Shown here piece after piece: positions 38,200-47,685 of a stretch of 64,000 bases of DNA. The notes under the pieces are model-generated. The model worked only from the letters and a program-made list of their open reading frames with translations, was not told where the DNA came from and ran no database searches. The stretch comes from a virus: positions 32,001 through 96,000 of the IMG/VR virus record IMGVR_UViG_3300042691_012617; one strand, 5' to 3'. Both the position numbers and the translations under genes were made by a program. Every line of letters starts with the position of its first letter. Position 1 is the first letter of the stretch.

Positions 38200-38303
38200 G
38201 TACTAAAGGGTACTAGTAGTACTCTATGTACTCTCTAAAGAGGTTACTTAAGTAGTACTCTATAGGTACTAGTTCCCTCTTGAACCTCAAGAGTATCTAG
38301 TAG
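38197..38303. repeat. GTACT-rich palindromic/direct repeat tract (candidate origin)
   Basis: Six GTACT, 13-bp direct repeat AGTAGTACTCTAT (38215, 38251), several palindromes. Confidence 0.75.
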
Positions 38304-38364
38304 CGGCAAGAAGTAAATTGCCTTTGATTCAACCAAGTCTGTAAAGATTCTGCTGACAATCTTC

Positions 38365-38393
38365 TTTACTCCAACACAAGTCGGTGTTATAGT
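38365..38393 (+). promoter_or_regulatory. Sigma70-type promoter for gp55-gp47
   Basis: TTTACT-17 nt-TATAGT with extended TG. Confidence 0.6.
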
Positions 38394-38416
38394 TCCCTCA
38401 ACAACACGGAGAGATA

Positions 38417-38995
38417 ATGGCTAAGAAAAGAGCAGGAAACCACTACATCGACAACGAACGGTTCCTAGAGGAACTGGTAACACACAAGAAGGCTGTAGCC
38501 AAGGCGAAGAAGGAAGGCATCAAGCCACCTGGTGTGACAAACTACATCGGTCAATGCTTTCTCGACATCGCTAACAACTTGGCGAAGAAGCCCAACTTCG
38601 CAAACTACACCTACAAGGACGAGATGGTATCGGACTCGGTGGAGAACTGCATCATGTATGCGACCAACTTCGATCCGAAGAAGTCCCGCAATCCATTTGC
38701 ATTCTTCACGCAGATCATCTACTACGCATTCCTCAGGCGCATTCAGAAGGAAAAGAAGCAACTCTACATCAAGATGAAGTGCTTTGAGGAGAACGATCCC
38801 ACGGGTCGTTTTCGAAACTGGATGGAGGAACAGCACAGCAAGTACGAGGACGGCAATCAAAGTCCATATGTGGAATTCATTTCGGATACCACCCTCACAT
38901 CGGAATCACTCAAGCCCAAGAAAAAGAAGAAGCGCAAGAAGAAGACTACCAACGATTCAAAGCATACCTTGGATGATGTGATGGAAGATCTATGA
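38417..38995 (+). CDS. gp55: Late-transcription sigma factor gp55
   Basis: HYIDNERFL, YIGQCFLDIA, PNFANYTYKDEMVSD, NFDP..NPFAFFTQIIYYAFLRRIQKEKKQ. Confidence 0.96.
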   Translation: MAKKRAGNHYIDNERFLEELVTHKKAVAKAKKEGIKPPGVTNYIGQCFLDIANNLAKKPNFANYTYKDEMVSDSVENCIMYATNFDPKKSRNPFAFFTQIIYYAFLRRIQKEKKQLYIKMKCFEENDPTGRFRNWMEEQHSKYEDGNQSPYVEFISDTTLTSESLKPKKKKKRKKKTTNDSKHTLDDVMEDL

Positions 38996-40035
38996 TTGCA
39001 ATTATCAACGACACGCACTTTGGTGCCCGTAACGACAGCCCGATCTTCCTTGAACACTTCATGGAGTTTTGGGAGAAGGTGTTCTTTCCCACACTAGAAG
39101 ATCGTGGCATCAAGAGGATCATTCACTTGGGCGACTTCCTAGATCGCCGCAAGTATGTGAACTTCTACACCCTACAACAGGTTCGGACACGGTTCTTGGA
39201 GCCGCTGAAGAACATGGGTGTTGAGATGGACATCACTCTCGGAAACCATGATGTCTTCTTCAAGAACACGAACCGACTCAACTCGGTCATCGAACTGTTC
39301 CGCAACTACCCCAACATTAGAATCCACGAACAGCCGACCGTGATTGACTTGGGAGAAACAAAGGTAGGATTGGTGCCTTGGATCACCAAGGACAATTCGG
39401 AGGAGTGCCTGAAGTTCATCGCGTCCGCGCCCGTGCGCGTACTCATGGGACACTTTGAGGTAAGCGGCTACGAGGTGCTTCGCGGTGTCGAACACCACGA
39501 TGGTATGGATCCCGCCCTCTTCAAGAGTTATGAGGCAGTCTACAGCGGTCACTTCCATTGCCGCCACAGCAGGGCAAACATCCACTACTTGGGCACTCAG
39601 TATCAGATGACATTCGCTGACCTGAACGAGCGGAAGGGATTCAGCATCTTCCACCCACGCACGGGCGAGATGGAGTTCGTTGAGAACCCGATTCAGATCT
39701 TTCATCAGATCGAATACGATGACACTAAGGAAGACTACAACATCCTGAACTGCAAGCAGTACAGGAATACATTCGTTCGGCTCTTGGTCAAGAACAAGAC
39801 TCGCCCGATCATGTTTGACAACCTGTTGGATCGCCTGAACGATGCCCCTGCACATTCCGTGAGTGTGACCGATCAGACCGAAAAGGAAATAAACAGCAAC
39901 ACGGATGTCGTGGACATGTCCAAGGATACCCTCACCCTGATCTGCGACGAGATCGATACCCTACAGGGGGTGCAGGATCCAGTACGCCTCAAGACCCTGA
40001 TTCGGGAGATTTACAGCGAGTCGCTGCAAGGCTAA
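38992..40035 (+). CDS. gp47: Recombination nuclease subunit gp47 (Mre11/SbcD-like)
   Basis: DTHFGAR, HLGDFLDRR, GNHD, GHFE, SGHFH. Confidence 0.95.
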   Translation: MIAIINDTHFGARNDSPIFLEHFMEFWEKVFFPTLEDRGIKRIIHLGDFLDRRKYVNFYTLQQVRTRFLEPLKNMGVEMDITLGNHDVFFKNTNRLNSVIELFRNYPNIRIHEQPTVIDLGETKVGLVPWITKDNSEECLKFIASAPVRVLMGHFEVSGYEVLRGVEHHDGMDPALFKSYEAVYSGHFHCRHSRANIHYLGTQYQMTFADLNERKGFSIFHPRTGEMEFVENPIQIFHQIEYDDTKEDYNILNCKQYRNTFVRLLVKNKTRPIMFDNLLDRLNDAPAHSVSVTDQTEKEINSNTDVVDMSKDTLTLICDEIDTLQGVQDPVRLKTLIREIYSESLQG

Positions 40036-40038
40036 ATA
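40032..40038 (+). promoter_or_regulatory. Late promoter CTAAATA overlapping the gp47 stop
   Basis: Motif 7 nt before ATG 40046. Confidence 0.7.
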
Positions 40039-40045
40039 TGATGAA

Positions 40046-40264
40046 ATGCCTAAGCACTACGACACGCTGATTCGGGATATCAAGGAGTGGAGTACCGTTC
40101 CTACAAGTGGTAGCGGAGATGCCACCACACGGATATCCCTTAGGACAGGCAAGGCTGACAAGGCAAAGAAGCCGTCTGTAATCCAACTGAAGAACAAGTC
40201 TCCTTCGCGGGTAGAGATCGGTAAACTAAAGAACGCAAACTGGAGTTCGGGGGGTATCACATGA
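40046..40264 (+). CDS. Small basic hypothetical protein
   Basis: CTAAATA 7 nt upstream; ATGA overlap with the next gene. Confidence 0.55.
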   Translation: MPKHYDTLIRDIKEWSTVPTSGSGDATTRISLRTGKADKAKKPSVIQLKNKSPSRVEIGKLKNANWSSGGIT

Positions 40265-41988
40265 TCTTCGGATATGACTGCAAGGCAACTGTCATTGCGG
40301 CGGGGAACATGTTTGGATACGACATCTTTACGGGTGAAGACTTCGTGAAGCCGTTCGTTGAGGGTGAGACTCTACAGTTACTCTACCCGCCAGACCACGG
40401 AAACAGCGGTTCCAACTTTGAGTTCGACTCTCATCTTGGATCGACCGTTCTTGGCATCTTCGCGCAAGAGCGAGGAAGATCAACTGTCTATCATCCCGAA
40501 ACTGCGGGGCTGATCATCAATCCCGACTCTGTGTATCCATATCAGAGCGAGATCGATATCACCACTCTTCCGACATTCAATTCGGGGCTGAGACCGATTT
40601 CGGATAGAGATGTTACAGCCGACAATGGAATTGATTCATTCCTTCTGAAAGGATCGGTGATTGTTGGTTCTGTCAGCGGTGCTAAGAGATTCTATGCAGG
40701 CCCGTTCAAAGGATTCACCAAGGAAATAGAGTGTGTCTGTGAGGGGGCAACCGCAGTAAACGAGTTGGACGGAATGGATTGCAAGGGCAATCTCAAGGGT
40801 TCTTACTACGAGGATGGGTTCTCTCCTGTTCTGTGCAACCTTTTCAACTACTCAGACCAACCACGAACAATCATCGATGTAGCAACACCGTTCAATCCCC
40901 TGTTCATGAGCAATACACCATACAGCGAGTTGGATTACACATGGATCAATACACGAAATCGCTTCAAGAGACCCGTTCCATACAGTATGGAAAGCGACAG
41001 CGGCAAGGGAGTCTCTGCTGTACTGATCAGCAGCAGACATGCAATTGTGTCGGCATCCACAGACATCGACAATTTGAACCTTCGCTTCTATTCGGCGGTT
41101 AGCGGATTCATAACTCCTACCGTTTCATCCTCTGTCAATACATTCAAGCAGATGTGGGATGTGATTGGCTTTGTCGATGAAAACAGCAGCGCAGAGGTCT
41201 TAGCAAAGTACAATGAGATGGCTGCTTACTTCGATGATATCAAGGTCATCACATTCACAGGGAATCTTCCGAGCGACATCCAACCCATTCAATTGATCGA
41301 CGCTTACGGAAGCAGCCCCGTCTTCTATGGATTGGCAATCGGTCAAGAAGCAAGAGGACATCATGGAACATTCTGCCCACCATTCACAGGAAGTTCATTC
41401 AATCCCTCTGTTCTCCCGACCTTGCTATTCAAGGGATCTGATGCATGTGTAAACATACCATCATCTGAATTGCATGAGATGGGAAATACTGTAAGAACCA
41501 CCGCCGTTGTGCGTGGTGACAATGGCTCTCCCGTTATTACCTATTATCGTGGGAAGCCCGTGTTCCTTGGATTGGTAACAGGAGCAGGGTACACCTATTA
41601 TTCAGACCCGAAAAAGTTGGTTGCGTTTGCATCGCTTCATGGAACGGGAATTGGGTCAAGCAAGCCAATCACATTCCCTTGGGGCACGACATGGACACCT
41701 ATTTCATTCCTCAATCAGTATCTTTCTCTTTCGGGTGTATCCGCAAAGAGCGTGGTGCTGACTAGAGAGACTGTGGATACAAATCAGACATACCCATATC
41801 CTTCAGTTGCCTTTGGAACTGTTGCGCCTACATCAAAATCAAGACGGGCGCAATTGAGAAACACCGATCCTAGCGTGGGCGTGAAGATCAGCGAAGGTGG
41901 ACTTGATAAGTTTGTAAACAAACCATATCTACAGCCCGAATCAAACGGTGAAATCGGAACCACCGTCACAATCGACTTCACGGCATAA
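40261..41988 (+). CDS. Hypothetical protein with degenerate trypsin-like protease domain
   Basis: SAVLISSRHAIVSAS, DDIKVITF, RGDNGSPV..FLG motifs. Confidence 0.5.
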   Translation: MIFGYDCKATVIAAGNMFGYDIFTGEDFVKPFVEGETLQLLYPPDHGNSGSNFEFDSHLGSTVLGIFAQERGRSTVYHPETAGLIINPDSVYPYQSEIDITTLPTFNSGLRPISDRDVTADNGIDSFLLKGSVIVGSVSGAKRFYAGPFKGFTKEIECVCEGATAVNELDGMDCKGNLKGSYYEDGFSPVLCNLFNYSDQPRTIIDVATPFNPLFMSNTPYSELDYTWINTRNRFKRPVPYSMESDSGKGVSAVLISSRHAIVSASTDIDNLNLRFYSAVSGFITPTVSSSVNTFKQMWDVIGFVDENSSAEVLAKYNEMAAYFDDIKVITFTGNLPSDIQPIQLIDAYGSSPVFYGLAIGQEARGHHGTFCPPFTGSSFNPSVLPTLLFKGSDACVNIPSSELHEMGNTVRTTAVVRGDNGSPVITYYRGKPVFLGLVTGAGYTYYSDPKKLVAFASLHGTGIGSSKPITFPWGTTWTPISFLNQYLSLSGVSAKSVVLTRETVDTNQTYPYPSVAFGTVAPTSKSRRAQLRNTDPSVGVKISEGGLDKFVNKPYLQPESNGEIGTTVTIDFTA

Positions 41989-42021
41989 CGCCTACATACT
42001 GAACCAAAGGAGAGATACATT

Positions 42022-42342
42022 ATGAGTACTGTGAAACTGTTTAGATTGAATTCGGGCGAAGAAGTGATCAGCAAGGTGTTGGACAATTCCCACACCCATG
42101 CGGGATCTTGGCTACTCAAGTCCCCTGCCATCATCCTCCCTGTCGGCAACGGCAAGTTGGGCATGGCACCTTGGCTCCCATACTGCGAAACCGACAGCAT
42201 GGAACTGCCCGAGAAGGCGGTAGCATTCGTCGCTACTCCAAAGACTCAGTTGGTAAACGACTACAACGAGAACTTCGGTTCAGGTCTCGTCGTTCCTGAC
42301 AAGAGTGTTGAAGCACCGCCTCTGCGTCTGATTACAGAGTGA
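42022..42342 (+). CDS. Conserved Sm-like small protein of T4-like phages
   Basis: VKLFRLNSGEEVI..MAPWLPY..YNENFGSGLVVP; AAGGAG SD. Confidence 0.7.
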   Translation: MSTVKLFRLNSGEEVISKVLDNSHTHAGSWLLKSPAIILPVGNGKLGMAPWLPYCETDSMELPEKAVAFVATPKTQLVNDYNENFGSGLVVPDKSVEAPPLRLITE

Positions 42343-44040
42343 TCAGAACGCTCTGCTGAAGTTCCCACGCTTGGCGAACTGAATGCAGCGGTCGAACTTG
42401 TCCTGCAATACTTCCTTAGGCTTATGGCTAATCACGAAGGTATTCGTACCCGCCTTCGTATTAGCCATAATGTCTAAGAAGGCTTCGATTGCAGAATCGT
42501 CCAAACTACCGTCCAAGATCTCGTCTAGGATCAACAGGTTTGTGGTGATGGAGTTCTTCATCGACGCGATAGCCCTCCATGCAAAGAGAAGGGCTAGATC
42601 GATCTTCTTTTTCTCACCCTCGCTGAACGATGCATATGTGAACACATCACGGTGGCGAGACTTGATGGTCTCGTTGAACTCTTCGTCCAAGTGGAAGTTT
42701 ACAAAGAAAGTCATCTGAGTCAGATACTTGTTGATTGTGTCGTTGATCACGGGAATGTAGTTCTTGATGATGCGGCTCTTGATTCCCGAATCCTTCAGCA
42801 GCGTTCCTGCTAGCGAAAGATAATGTTGCTCTTCGATGAGTTCACGCTTGTTATCAATCGCATCTTCTTCCGATGACAAAGCAGCGGATAGATCGTCCAA
42901 GACATTTCCGACCTTCACCGACTTCTTGGAAGTGATGGTCTTGATGTGCTTTTCCGTGGCTTCGATCTGATTCGTCTTCTTCATGATGATGGAATTCAGG
43001 TCGCTGATCTCAAGCATCACGACTTCGATTGCCTCAATCCGCTTCTCTGCGATCTCGCTCTCCTTGACGATGTCCTTGATCGCCTTCTCCATCTCCGCAG
43101 TCTTTCCCCTGCCCTTGTCAATAGCATCGCGCTTGAAGTCATCCGCGATCTTCTGAGAGCATGTAGGACAGGAATCGTTCTTCTCGTAGAAGGCGATCTC
43201 CTTGTTCAGGGTCTGCATCTTCTTTTGAATCTGTGACCGCAGTTCGGTGTACTTGTCGAAGTTTTTCTTCACCTTGCTGCCATCCACTATCGTTGCCGAA
43301 ATGGCTTCGATCCTCTCCAACGAAGACTTGACTGCGGCACGGGCTTCTTCGATGGTTGCGTTTGCTGCCGCCACCTGTTCAGTCTCCCAAGCCTCGTCCA
43401 TCTCGCTGCGCTTCTTCTCGTCCTCGCACATGCGCTTGAGTACGCTCACGCGCTCCCGCGCGACCGCGAGGGCAGATTCGGCATGCTGCAACTCCTCCTT
43501 GTTCGCGCTGACTCGCTCTTTGAGGTATGCATTCATGGACGAGAATACGCCGATGTCAAGAATGGTCTCCACGACAGCCCTGCGCTCCGCTGCGGTAAGG
43601 CGCATGAATGGGATGTAGTTTGCCGACCCAAGGATGACCACTTGGCAGAACGACTTGTAGTTCATGCCGAGGATGATTTCCTCAAGCATCTTTTGCCCGT
43701 CCCGAGTCTTGGAGTCTTGGTCAAGTTGCTTGCCATCCTTCCAAATCTCAAAGACTTTGGGAGCCTGACCGCGCACGATCTTGTACTCAGACTTGGTGTC
43801 TGAGAACTCAATCTCCACCACACAGTCCTTCTCGTTTACCGAGGAGACAAGTTGCGGAAGATTGATGCTCCGATAAGGCTTGTTGAAAAGGACAAAGGTA
43901 AGAGCATCTAGAAGAGTACTCTTACCCGCCCCGTTTTCACCCAAGATTAGGGTCGTGTCAGTTTTGTCAAACTGGATCTCCGTGAAGTTGTTTCCCGTGC
44001 TGAGAAAGTTCTTCCAACGGATCTTCTTGAACTTGATCAT
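42343..44040 (-). CDS. gp46: Recombination ATPase gp46 (Rad50/SbcC-like)
   Basis: WKNFLSTGN, GENGAGKST, CPTC zinc hook, FSEGEK, LILDE, VISH. Confidence 0.96.
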   Translation of the reverse strand: MIKFKKIRWKNFLSTGNNFTEIQFDKTDTTLILGENGAGKSTLLDALTFVLFNKPYRSINLPQLVSSVNEKDCVVEIEFSDTKSEYKIVRGQAPKVFEIWKDGKQLDQDSKTRDGQKMLEEIILGMNYKSFCQVVILGSANYIPFMRLTAAERRAVVETILDIGVFSSMNAYLKERVSANKEELQHAESALAVARERVSVLKRMCEDEKKRSEMDEAWETEQVAAANATIEEARAAVKSSLERIEAISATIVDGSKVKKNFDKYTELRSQIQKKMQTLNKEIAFYEKNDSCPTCSQKIADDFKRDAIDKGRGKTAEMEKAIKDIVKESEIAEKRIEAIEVVMLEISDLNSIIMKKTNQIEATEKHIKTITSKKSVKVGNVLDDLSAALSSEEDAIDNKRELIEEQHYLSLAGTLLKDSGIKSRIIKNYIPVINDTINKYLTQMTFFVNFHLDEEFNETIKSRHRDVFTYASFSEGEKKKIDLALLFAWRAIASMKNSITTNLLILDEILDGSLDDSAIEAFLDIMANTKAGTNTFVISHKPKEVLQDKFDRCIQFAKRGNFSRAF

Positions 44041-44072
44041 CGTGGTGTAGTCACTCCAAGTAGCATTCCGAA

Positions 44073-44101
44073 ATTATACACCACAAAAAGGGTGATGTCA
44101 A
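44073..44101 (-). promoter_or_regulatory. Consensus sigma70 promoter for gp46
   Basis: Perfect TTGACA-17 nt-TATAAT. Confidence 0.85.
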
Positions 44102-44102
44102 G

Positions 44103-44216
44103 TCACTTGTTCCACGGCATCTTGGTAGATAGCCACTTCCAAAGCGGTGCGCCGATGAGGGCACCCGCTACGAACATGAGGACGCTCCACCATGCTGTTC
44201 CTAGAATGTGTTCCAT
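44103..44216 (-). CDS. 37-aa single-TM membrane peptide (not in ORF track)
   Basis: MEHILGTAWWSVLMFVAGALIGAPLWKWLSTKMPWNK; AAGGAG SD; CTAAATA at 44238-44244. Confidence 0.7.
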   Translation of the reverse strand: MEHILGTAWWSVLMFVAGALIGAPLWKWLSTKMPWNK

Positions 44217-44240
44217 TTGTGTTCTCCTTTCTACCTGTAT

Positions 44241-46478
44241 TTAGGTCGTGAAGTACTGATTGGGCAGATGCCGCAGCACTTCCTTATTTGATTGTGTTCG
44301 CAGAGCAGCGGCAGAGACTGTTGGTTTAAGAATCGTATCTCCTGCTTGAATAAATGCAGAGTACCGCGACCGCATCAGTATGCCCTCGTATATGGCACTC
44401 CAATTTGAATACTTTTCGCCGCTGTCTCTGACAAGTAAGAAGGTTCTTGTATCAAATGACGATCTCTTGTAGGTTCTCATGTCCAGTATGAGAGCGTAAT
44501 CGATCTCTTTCCAAGTGCTTTCAGCACCTTCAGTAACTGTAAACTGAAAACCGCCACATGGTTGTGTAACGGTAAACTCGTTGGTGTGGGCACAGATACA
44601 AGCAAGACCTGTCGATGTGCCTTCGTTAAGTCCACCAGGTGGATTGAATAGAGTGACACAATTACAACCATTGATAACATTAACTTGTCTCTTACAAGTA
44701 CTTCCTGCACAGTCATTGTTGACTATGCTTGTCACATCTATTTGATATGGTGTGCATGGACAAGTTGGGGGTGCTGAGTCGTTGCAGGCAGGGCTATTTA
44801 CTGGCGTTGATGTGATCCTGATGTTTGGGCATTCGCAGTTGTTATCAATACCCCCTTGGTCAGTTTCAACCTGAATGCAACAACATCCCAATGCCCCACC
44901 TTGCGTCGAATATGGATTGTTGGTTCCATCGCATGGGCCGCCACCGCCGCAATCACAATCCACACCGCCCAATACCTTCTGAGTCCAATACTGCTCACCA
45001 TATGTCAAATCGCTAGATGATCTGTTTGTTGTATCTGTGATGTCGTATGTTGTGCTAGTTTGAATTGGTTTTGTTGCACCCCGTATCCATCCATTACCAT
45101 TTCCTTGGTCGGGATTTCCATAACCCGCTAGGTTAACGCTTTCGCGGATGTCGTCTAAGTATCCAACGGTCCTCTTTGAAGTGAACCGAAGCAGTTCTAC
45201 CTTCACGCAGGGATCTGCGTATCCGCTTCCTGATGGCACATATCCATCCTCGTATGTTCCTCCGTACATCATCGAAGAGAACATATTTCGTGCGCGGATC
45301 TGTGCATCGTAGCCAGTTGCACCCACGCTAATATCTCCCGTGCATGCGATTTCAACTACTGATGGCATCGGGTCAAAGAAGATGAACCCATCAGAGTTTC
45401 CGTCGATTGCTGCCTGAAGCATGTCGTATCGATATGTCAATGAAGAGTAGTAACCCTCAGATGCATTTGCAGTTACTCCCTCATACGAAGACCCATCGAT
45501 GTCAATGTACTCATTTCCTGCGACTTGCTCGGTAACCGTGTATTGGGATTCGGGATCGTCATACCGAGTCAACGGTCGGGAAGGATACATCGTTGACAGC
45601 AACGGATAATTCCGCACCAACAGACTTCGTGCTTTTGCAGATGACAGTTCACACAGTTTCTTGTTTCTGTTGTAGTTCGAATCGGAATCGTTTCCATACT
45701 CGTAGAAAGGCAGCGAGTCTGTATAGGGGACACGAATATCGGGGCACAGCCAATCAACCGCGCAGTTGTCGAATACCATCTCCTGAATTCCATCGGTGAC
45801 AACCTTTTGATAGAACTCGCGCAATTCTTGTGGAGCATTCATCCAACTGTAGAAATCCGCCGCGCTGCTTCCTGTCGGATGCTCAGGATCCCACCATGCG
45901 GGTGCGGTGTACCCTCCGCTGTTCGTCAGCGAGGCATCCCACACAGGCGACTGTCCAACAGGCGGGGCATATGCCATGACATATGGAATATGGGGAAGAC
46001 CCGCGATAGCCCAATCGATGTTCGGATATTGATTCTTTAGGACTCCAAAGACTGCTTTGATTCCGTTCACATACTGAGTCGCGTTTGCTCCCGCCACCGA
46101 TCCCGTGGAACCGCGAGTCGGGCCAACGATTCCATCTCCAACAATCTTTGTCCAATCAGGGGAGCCTCTGAGGTCGATTAGACCGAGTCCTGTCGTGGAG
46201 GCAGTCACGGGGAAGCGACCCTGTACATAGCCCGTAATCGCCGCTGTAGCCCCGAGGGAGTGAGTATAGAAGGTCAGCCCCTTGTCCGAGACAAACCACA
46301 CAGCGAGGCTCCCTGTGGCTCCTGCGTTGCGGCTAATCGTGTTGAAGAAGGCATCGACATGCTGACCGTAGATGCCGTAGTCGTTCTGTGGTAGGGAGTA
46401 GGTGAGACCGCCCGAGTTCACCGTACTGGACGAGAACGAATAGGCATGATTGTAGATCTGATAATAGTCGTTTGCCAT
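44241..46478 (-). CDS. Hypothetical 745-aa protein with Cys-rich segment, probably virion-associated
   Basis: Late promoter at 46506-46512; GxT motifs; 18 Cys in about 140 aa. Confidence 0.6.
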   Translation of the reverse strand: MANDYYQIYNHAYSFSSSTVNSGGLTYSLPQNDYGIYGQHVDAFFNTISRNAGATGSLAVWFVSDKGLTFYTHSLGATAAITGYVQGRFPVTASTTGLGLIDLRGSPDWTKIVGDGIVGPTRGSTGSVAGANATQYVNGIKAVFGVLKNQYPNIDWAIAGLPHIPYVMAYAPPVGQSPVWDASLTNSGGYTAPAWWDPEHPTGSSAADFYSWMNAPQELREFYQKVVTDGIQEMVFDNCAVDWLCPDIRVPYTDSLPFYEYGNDSDSNYNRNKKLCELSSAKARSLLVRNYPLLSTMYPSRPLTRYDDPESQYTVTEQVAGNEYIDIDGSSYEGVTANASEGYYSSLTYRYDMLQAAIDGNSDGFIFFDPMPSVVEIACTGDISVGATGYDAQIRARNMFSSMMYGGTYEDGYVPSGSGYADPCVKVELLRFTSKRTVGYLDDIRESVNLAGYGNPDQGNGNGWIRGATKPIQTSTTYDITDTTNRSSSDLTYGEQYWTQKVLGGVDCDCGGGGPCDGTNNPYSTQGGALGCCCIQVETDQGGIDNNCECPNIRITSTPVNSPACNDSAPPTCPCTPYQIDVTSIVNNDCAGSTCKRQVNVINGCNCVTLFNPPGGLNEGTSTGLACICAHTNEFTVTQPCGGFQFTVTEGAESTWKEIDYALILDMRTYKRSSFDTRTFLLVRDSGEKYSNWSAIYEGILMRSRYSAFIQAGDTILKPTVSAAALRTQSNKEVLRHLPNQYFTT

Positions 46479-46527
46479 GGTACAGGTTCTTGGAAAGGTT
46501 ACCTGTATTTAGCCCAACGGATATCGA

Positions 46528-47001
46528 TCACTTTTTCTTCGGGGGGATTCGCTTTTTCATATCCTCAACCAAGAGCCGACCGAAGTTGGTGACGCTTTCC
46601 ACCGTCTTGCCGACACATTGGCTGTTGTAGATTACTTCAGCGAGTTCGCGTTCTTTAGCCTGTTCATTTCTGAATCGAATGATTTCTTTCTTCGGGACAG
46701 GCTTCTCATCATGCTTGAAGGTGATGTTCTTGAGGCTGACCAAATCCTCCAAGTCATCGACATCCTCCAAGTCCTTATTTACGAACTCTTCGTAGTCAAG
46801 GATGGGCAGGGTGAATGCCTCTGCCATCATCGACCAACATTGGAGGATTTCTGTGGCGTTCTCGCCAAACGGCTCGACGGGTCTTTCGGTGATTCCGTTC
46901 GGTTCGCCCTTTTGGTTGTAGTAAGTTTCGTGGATCCCGTAGGTGACATAGTCGTTCAACCCTACGCGCTGCACACGCTTTACGAGGCGGTAATTCCACA
47001 T
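46528..47001 (-). CDS. Conserved phage hypothetical protein (MWNYR..YGIHETYY family)
   Basis: AGGAGG SD before ATG 47001; CTAAATA at 47069-47075. Confidence 0.65.
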   Translation of the reverse strand: MWNYRLVKRVQRVGLNDYVTYGIHETYYNQKGEPNGITERPVEPFGENATEILQCWSMMAEAFTLPILDYEEFVNKDLEDVDDLEDLVSLKNITFKHDEKPVPKKEIIRFRNEQAKERELAEVIYNSQCVGKTVESVTNFGRLLVEDMKKRIPPKKK

Positions 47002-47082
47002 GGCACACCTCCTGTGAACATCGGATTTGATGCACGGAAGCATCACAGAAACGAACCGATGTCGAAGGTATTTAGACTTGGG

Positions 47083-47685
47083 TTACACGCACTTCTTAAA
47101 GATATCTTCCACCTTTTTCGGTAGGGTGGAATGGCTCTGCTGTCTGAAAGATGAGGGCATTTTGCGGATGTAATAGGGAACCATGGGATCCTTCTTGAAA
47201 TTGTCCAGTTCCTTTCGATGGATCTCCATAAGATGGTGAATATAGACATAGCAGTTTGCTTCCTGCTTGTATCTTTCGATGTCTATATTCAATTGATACT
47301 CTTTCATGACTTCGACTGCGATCATCTCACACTCACGCTCCATGGCACGAACGGCATCAAACGCCTTGTGTACGCGCCGCGTCTCATACTTCTTGCCACG
47401 AAGCCAATCCTCTTGAATGGTTGCGTAGTCGCCCATCGGTCCAAAGCAGAGAGAGTACAGTCTGCTGCCCGACAGCCATTGAATGAAGTGAGAGTATTCG
47501 TGCGCGAGGACTTCAATCCAACGCGGGTTTCCCTTCGCCACGCGGATCTGCTTTTCATCAAAGAACCCAAAGCACTTCACACCATCCACTCGCACAAACT
47601 TACCACGACTGAATACGAGTTTCATTCCGTATTCATTCAGGTCATGTCTTACCGCCTTGACAAAATCTCTCTCGGCGGTAGTCAC
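47083..47685 (-). CDS. Putative HExxH metallopeptidase-like protein
   Basis: VLAHEYSHFIQW plus downstream ERECE. Confidence 0.55.
   Translation of the reverse strand: MTTAERDFVKAVRHDLNEYGMKLVFSRGKFVRVDGVKCFGFFDEKQIRVAKGNPRWIEVLAHEYSHFIQWLSGSRLYSLCFGPMGDYATIQEDWLRGKKYETRRVHKAFDAVRAMERECEMIAVEVMKEYQLNIDIERYKQEANCYVYIHHLMEIHRKELDNFKKDPMVPYYIRKMPSSFRQQSHSTLPKKVEDIFKKCV

Noticed and set aside
38197-38303. Mini CRISPR array
   Set aside because: The repeats are only 5-13 bp, irregular, and have no unique spacers of proper length
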